Assembly: GCA_001028815.1 (NCBI GenBank) | Contig: LDJB01000004.1 | Coordinates: 13,733 to 77,732, forward strand | Direction of reading: 5' to 3' | From: Peptococcaceae bacterium 1109 | GTDB taxonomy: Bacteria; Bacillota; Limnochordia; Darwinibacteriales; Darwinibacteriaceae | Length of the DNA stretch: 64,000 nt | Shown here: positions 62,059-64,000 of the stretch, one piece after another | How positions within the stretch are numbered: position 1 is the stretch's first letter | Layout of the letters: the number at the start of each line of letters is the position of its first letter | The notes under the pieces: model-generated | The model's input: only the letters and a program-made list of their open reading frames with translations | The model's database searches: none | What the model was told of the DNA's origin: nothing | Program-made: the position numbers and the translations under genes

Positions 62059-62658
62059 TCACATCACCACAAGCGCACTCAGAAGGTTGCTGATCCCGTG
62101 CATCAGCCAGCTGGGGATAATGGAGCCCTGTGCAAGCTCTTCATTCATGTATCCCATCAGCCCTCCTATGGTACCTGTGAGGATTGTGATGGCCATTGCG
62201 GCCAGGACTCCACTCTCGCCCACGAACATTACCCCGTGAAGGAGCCCGAAGAGCAAGGCCTGTAAGAAGTTGCCTGTCCTAAAGCCAAACCGTTCGCCCA
62301 AGCGCTTCCCTAGGAAACCTCGGAAAAAGACCTCTTCCCCTAGGCCTGTCTGCACAAAAGCAAAGAGCAGAGCGGGCACAAGGGCAGAAAAGCCTTTCCC
62401 AGCGAACTGAGCCACAGCGGTGCTTTCCCCGTTCACAAGCAGAGGGACAAGGATAAGGCCAATCCCGCAAAACACCGCGGTTGAACCTACAAAGAAGAGC
62501 CAAAAACGGGCACCATCCGCAACCTGCGGCTTCTTAATACCGATCCACTGGAAAAAAGACGCCTTACTCCTTGCCGTGGCAAGCCACCAGCCAAAGGGAA
62601 TTAGCCCTAAGAGGATGGCCTGAACAACAGCGTTCATTACAGCATTGGCAACACTCAT
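62059..62658 (-). CDS. CPBP (CAAX protease / Abi) intramembrane glutamic endopeptidase
   Basis: EEVFFRG, FGLLH, H...N motifs. Confidence 0.88.
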   Translation of the reverse strand: MSVANAVMNAVVQAILLGLIPFGWWLATARSKASFFQWIGIKKPQVADGARFWLFFVGSTAVFCGIGLILVPLLVNGESTAVAQFAGKGFSALVPALLFAFVQTGLGEEVFFRGFLGKRLGERFGFRTGNFLQALLFGLLHGVMFVGESGVLAAMAITILTGTIGGLMGYMNEELAQGSIIPSWLMHGISNLLSALVVM

Positions 62659-62720
62659 ACAACCGCCTCCTCACGATCTACTTCTGGAATAATACTACAC
62701 ACCCAAAAAAGCACCCTGCC

Positions 62721-63356
62721 TTAGGGCAAGGTGCTTGGCATAAGTCGGGCAACAACTCTCACGGGGCAGCCCTCGGAAGCGATTTTCAGAGGGAAGGCCA
62801 TAACCTCGAAGTCACCTTGGCCCTCCAGCGCCGCCAAGTTGGTGAGGTTCTCCAACAGGGGAATCCCAGCCCCAAGCAGACTTTTGTGCACTGTAAAGGG
62901 AGGTTGGTCAGGTGAGGGTAAGTCCATCCCCAGCATCTTAATGCCCTTGGCTATGAGAAACTCCCCCAAGCAGTCGCCCACAACAGGGTGCTCCAGGTAG
63001 TACCCGGCTGTGCCAAACAGCCGGCTGTGATCGGTACGGAGCAGTACGATATCCCCAGGGGAAACCATCTCATCATACTCAGGCTTGTACTCAATCACTT
63101 CCTGGCCCCGGGCATCGATAAGGCAGCCCCGTCCCGCAAACTTTTCCACAGGAAGAGCGCTAACAGGGGCTCCCCCCTGGATAAAGTGAAGCGGGGCATC
63201 GAGATGTGTCCCCACATGCATCCCTGTTTCCATCCGGAAATATGTATAGCCATCATCCTCGATGCTGCGCGTTCTTATCAGCCGAGTAGGATCATCTCCA
63301 GGATAAACAGGCATGCTGTCGGCCAGGGTATGGCTGAGATCAACCAACCCGGGCAT
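62721..63356 (-). CDS. Cyclase-family metal hydrolase (kynurenine formamidase-like)
   Basis: DLSH...MPVYPGD, HVGTHLDAPLHF, GMDLPSPD, ENLTNL. Confidence 0.9.
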   Translation of the reverse strand: MPGLVDLSHTLADSMPVYPGDDPTRLIRTRSIEDDGYTYFRMETGMHVGTHLDAPLHFIQGGAPVSALPVEKFAGRGCLIDARGQEVIEYKPEYDEMVSPGDIVLLRTDHSRLFGTAGYYLEHPVVGDCLGEFLIAKGIKMLGMDLPSPDQPPFTVHKSLLGAGIPLLENLTNLAALEGQGDFEVMAFPLKIASEGCPVRVVARLMPSTLP

Positions 63357-63358
63357 TC

Positions 63359-64000
63359 TTAGTCCCACTCAATCCCGCTGAACTTCCGGAAAGCATTCAT
63401 GCTTACTTGGATGGACTCCAGTTCGTCCAGCTGAGAATGATCTTGCTCAAGGAGAATGTACTCTAGATGAGGCGCGCTTTGTGCCTTATCAATGATCTTC
63501 TGGATTGGAAGAGTACCTGTGCCAATCTCTGTGAAGCAGCGGGGGTCCACAGTGGAGCCGAATGCAGCCATATCAATGTCGGCGCCGCGGTCAATGACAC
63601 CGTCAAACACAACCACTGGCTGCGGTGCCTCCGCAGGGAAGTCTTTCTGGTGCAAGAGCACTAGGCGATCCCGATACTGCTCCATCAGGGCGATAGGATC
63701 AATGCCCGCCCGAGTTGCCCAATAGGTATCGATTTCCACAAATACCAGGGATGGATCGGTGTTCTCCATGAGGATTTCATACACGGTCTTGTCACCAAAC
63801 TTCTGGAACTCCTGGTAGTGATTGTGATAGTAGAAACGCATCCCCCGGGCTTTGCACTTTTCCCCGATTTGGTTGAAGAGATCGCACCGGCGCAGGACGA
63901 AATCCACATCGCCGTAGGGGAAGAAGTCAATCGCACAGCCGATCTGGGGATTGCCCAGCACTTGATGGTAATCTAATACCCTGTCGATGACATCTAGCTC
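63359..64000 (-). CDS. Sugar phosphate isomerase/epimerase (TIM barrel), 3' part; start lies beyond the window
   Basis: YYHNHYQEF, EIDTYW, LHQKD, EIGTG, LEQD; frame open to 64000. Confidence 0.88.
   Translation of the reverse strand, partial: ELDVIDRVLDYHQVLGNPQIGCAIDFFPYGDVDFVLRRCDLFNQIGEKCKARGMRFYYHNHYQEFQKFGDKTVYEILMENTDPSLVFVEIDTYWATRAGIDPIALMEQYRDRLVLLHQKDFPAEAPQPVVVFDGVIDRGADIDMAAFGSTVDPRCFTEIGTGTLPIQKIIDKAQSAPHLEYILLEQDHSQLDELESIQVSMNAFRKFSGIEWD

Noticed and set aside
1..64000. Integron-like cassette array to explain the many unrelated co-oriented genes
   Set aside because: No integrase and no regularly repeated attC-like site between genes; strand bias fits ordinary leading-strand gene orientation.

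Overview
A 64 kb stretch of bacterial chromosome, moderately GC-rich, with most genes on the minus strand. Its gene content looks like an anaerobic, motile Firmicute (Bacillota). It also carries outer-membrane genes (an Omp85-type barrel, two TolC-family proteins, a MacAB-type exporter), which points to a diderm lineage such as Limnochordia; this taxonomy is inferred, not proven. No rRNA, tRNA or CRISPR array was seen. Ordinary content includes a two-component system with an ABC-2 exporter, a CUT1 sugar/glycerophosphate-type ABC importer with a secreted metallo-beta-lactamase-fold hydrolase, two chemoreceptor loci, FlaG, hemerythrin, a complete IS66 without a target-site duplication, and several decayed genes. 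The strongest candidates for undescribed systems are: (1) a 998-aa signal peptide + C45 Ntn-hydrolase + TPR + POTRA + Omp85-barrel fusion, resembling a type Vd (PlpD-like) autotransporter with a different enzyme passenger; (2) a two-gene operon of an opine dehydrogenase and a cobalamin-binding mutase-like enzyme; (3) a PLD-nuclease/SF2-helicase coupled to a MazG-like pyrophosphohydrolase, a possible defence pair; (4) an internally duplicated, probably multi-flavinylated extracytoplasmic protein behind a Rex-like operator. All protein assignments come from recognising motifs by eye; no database searches were run.
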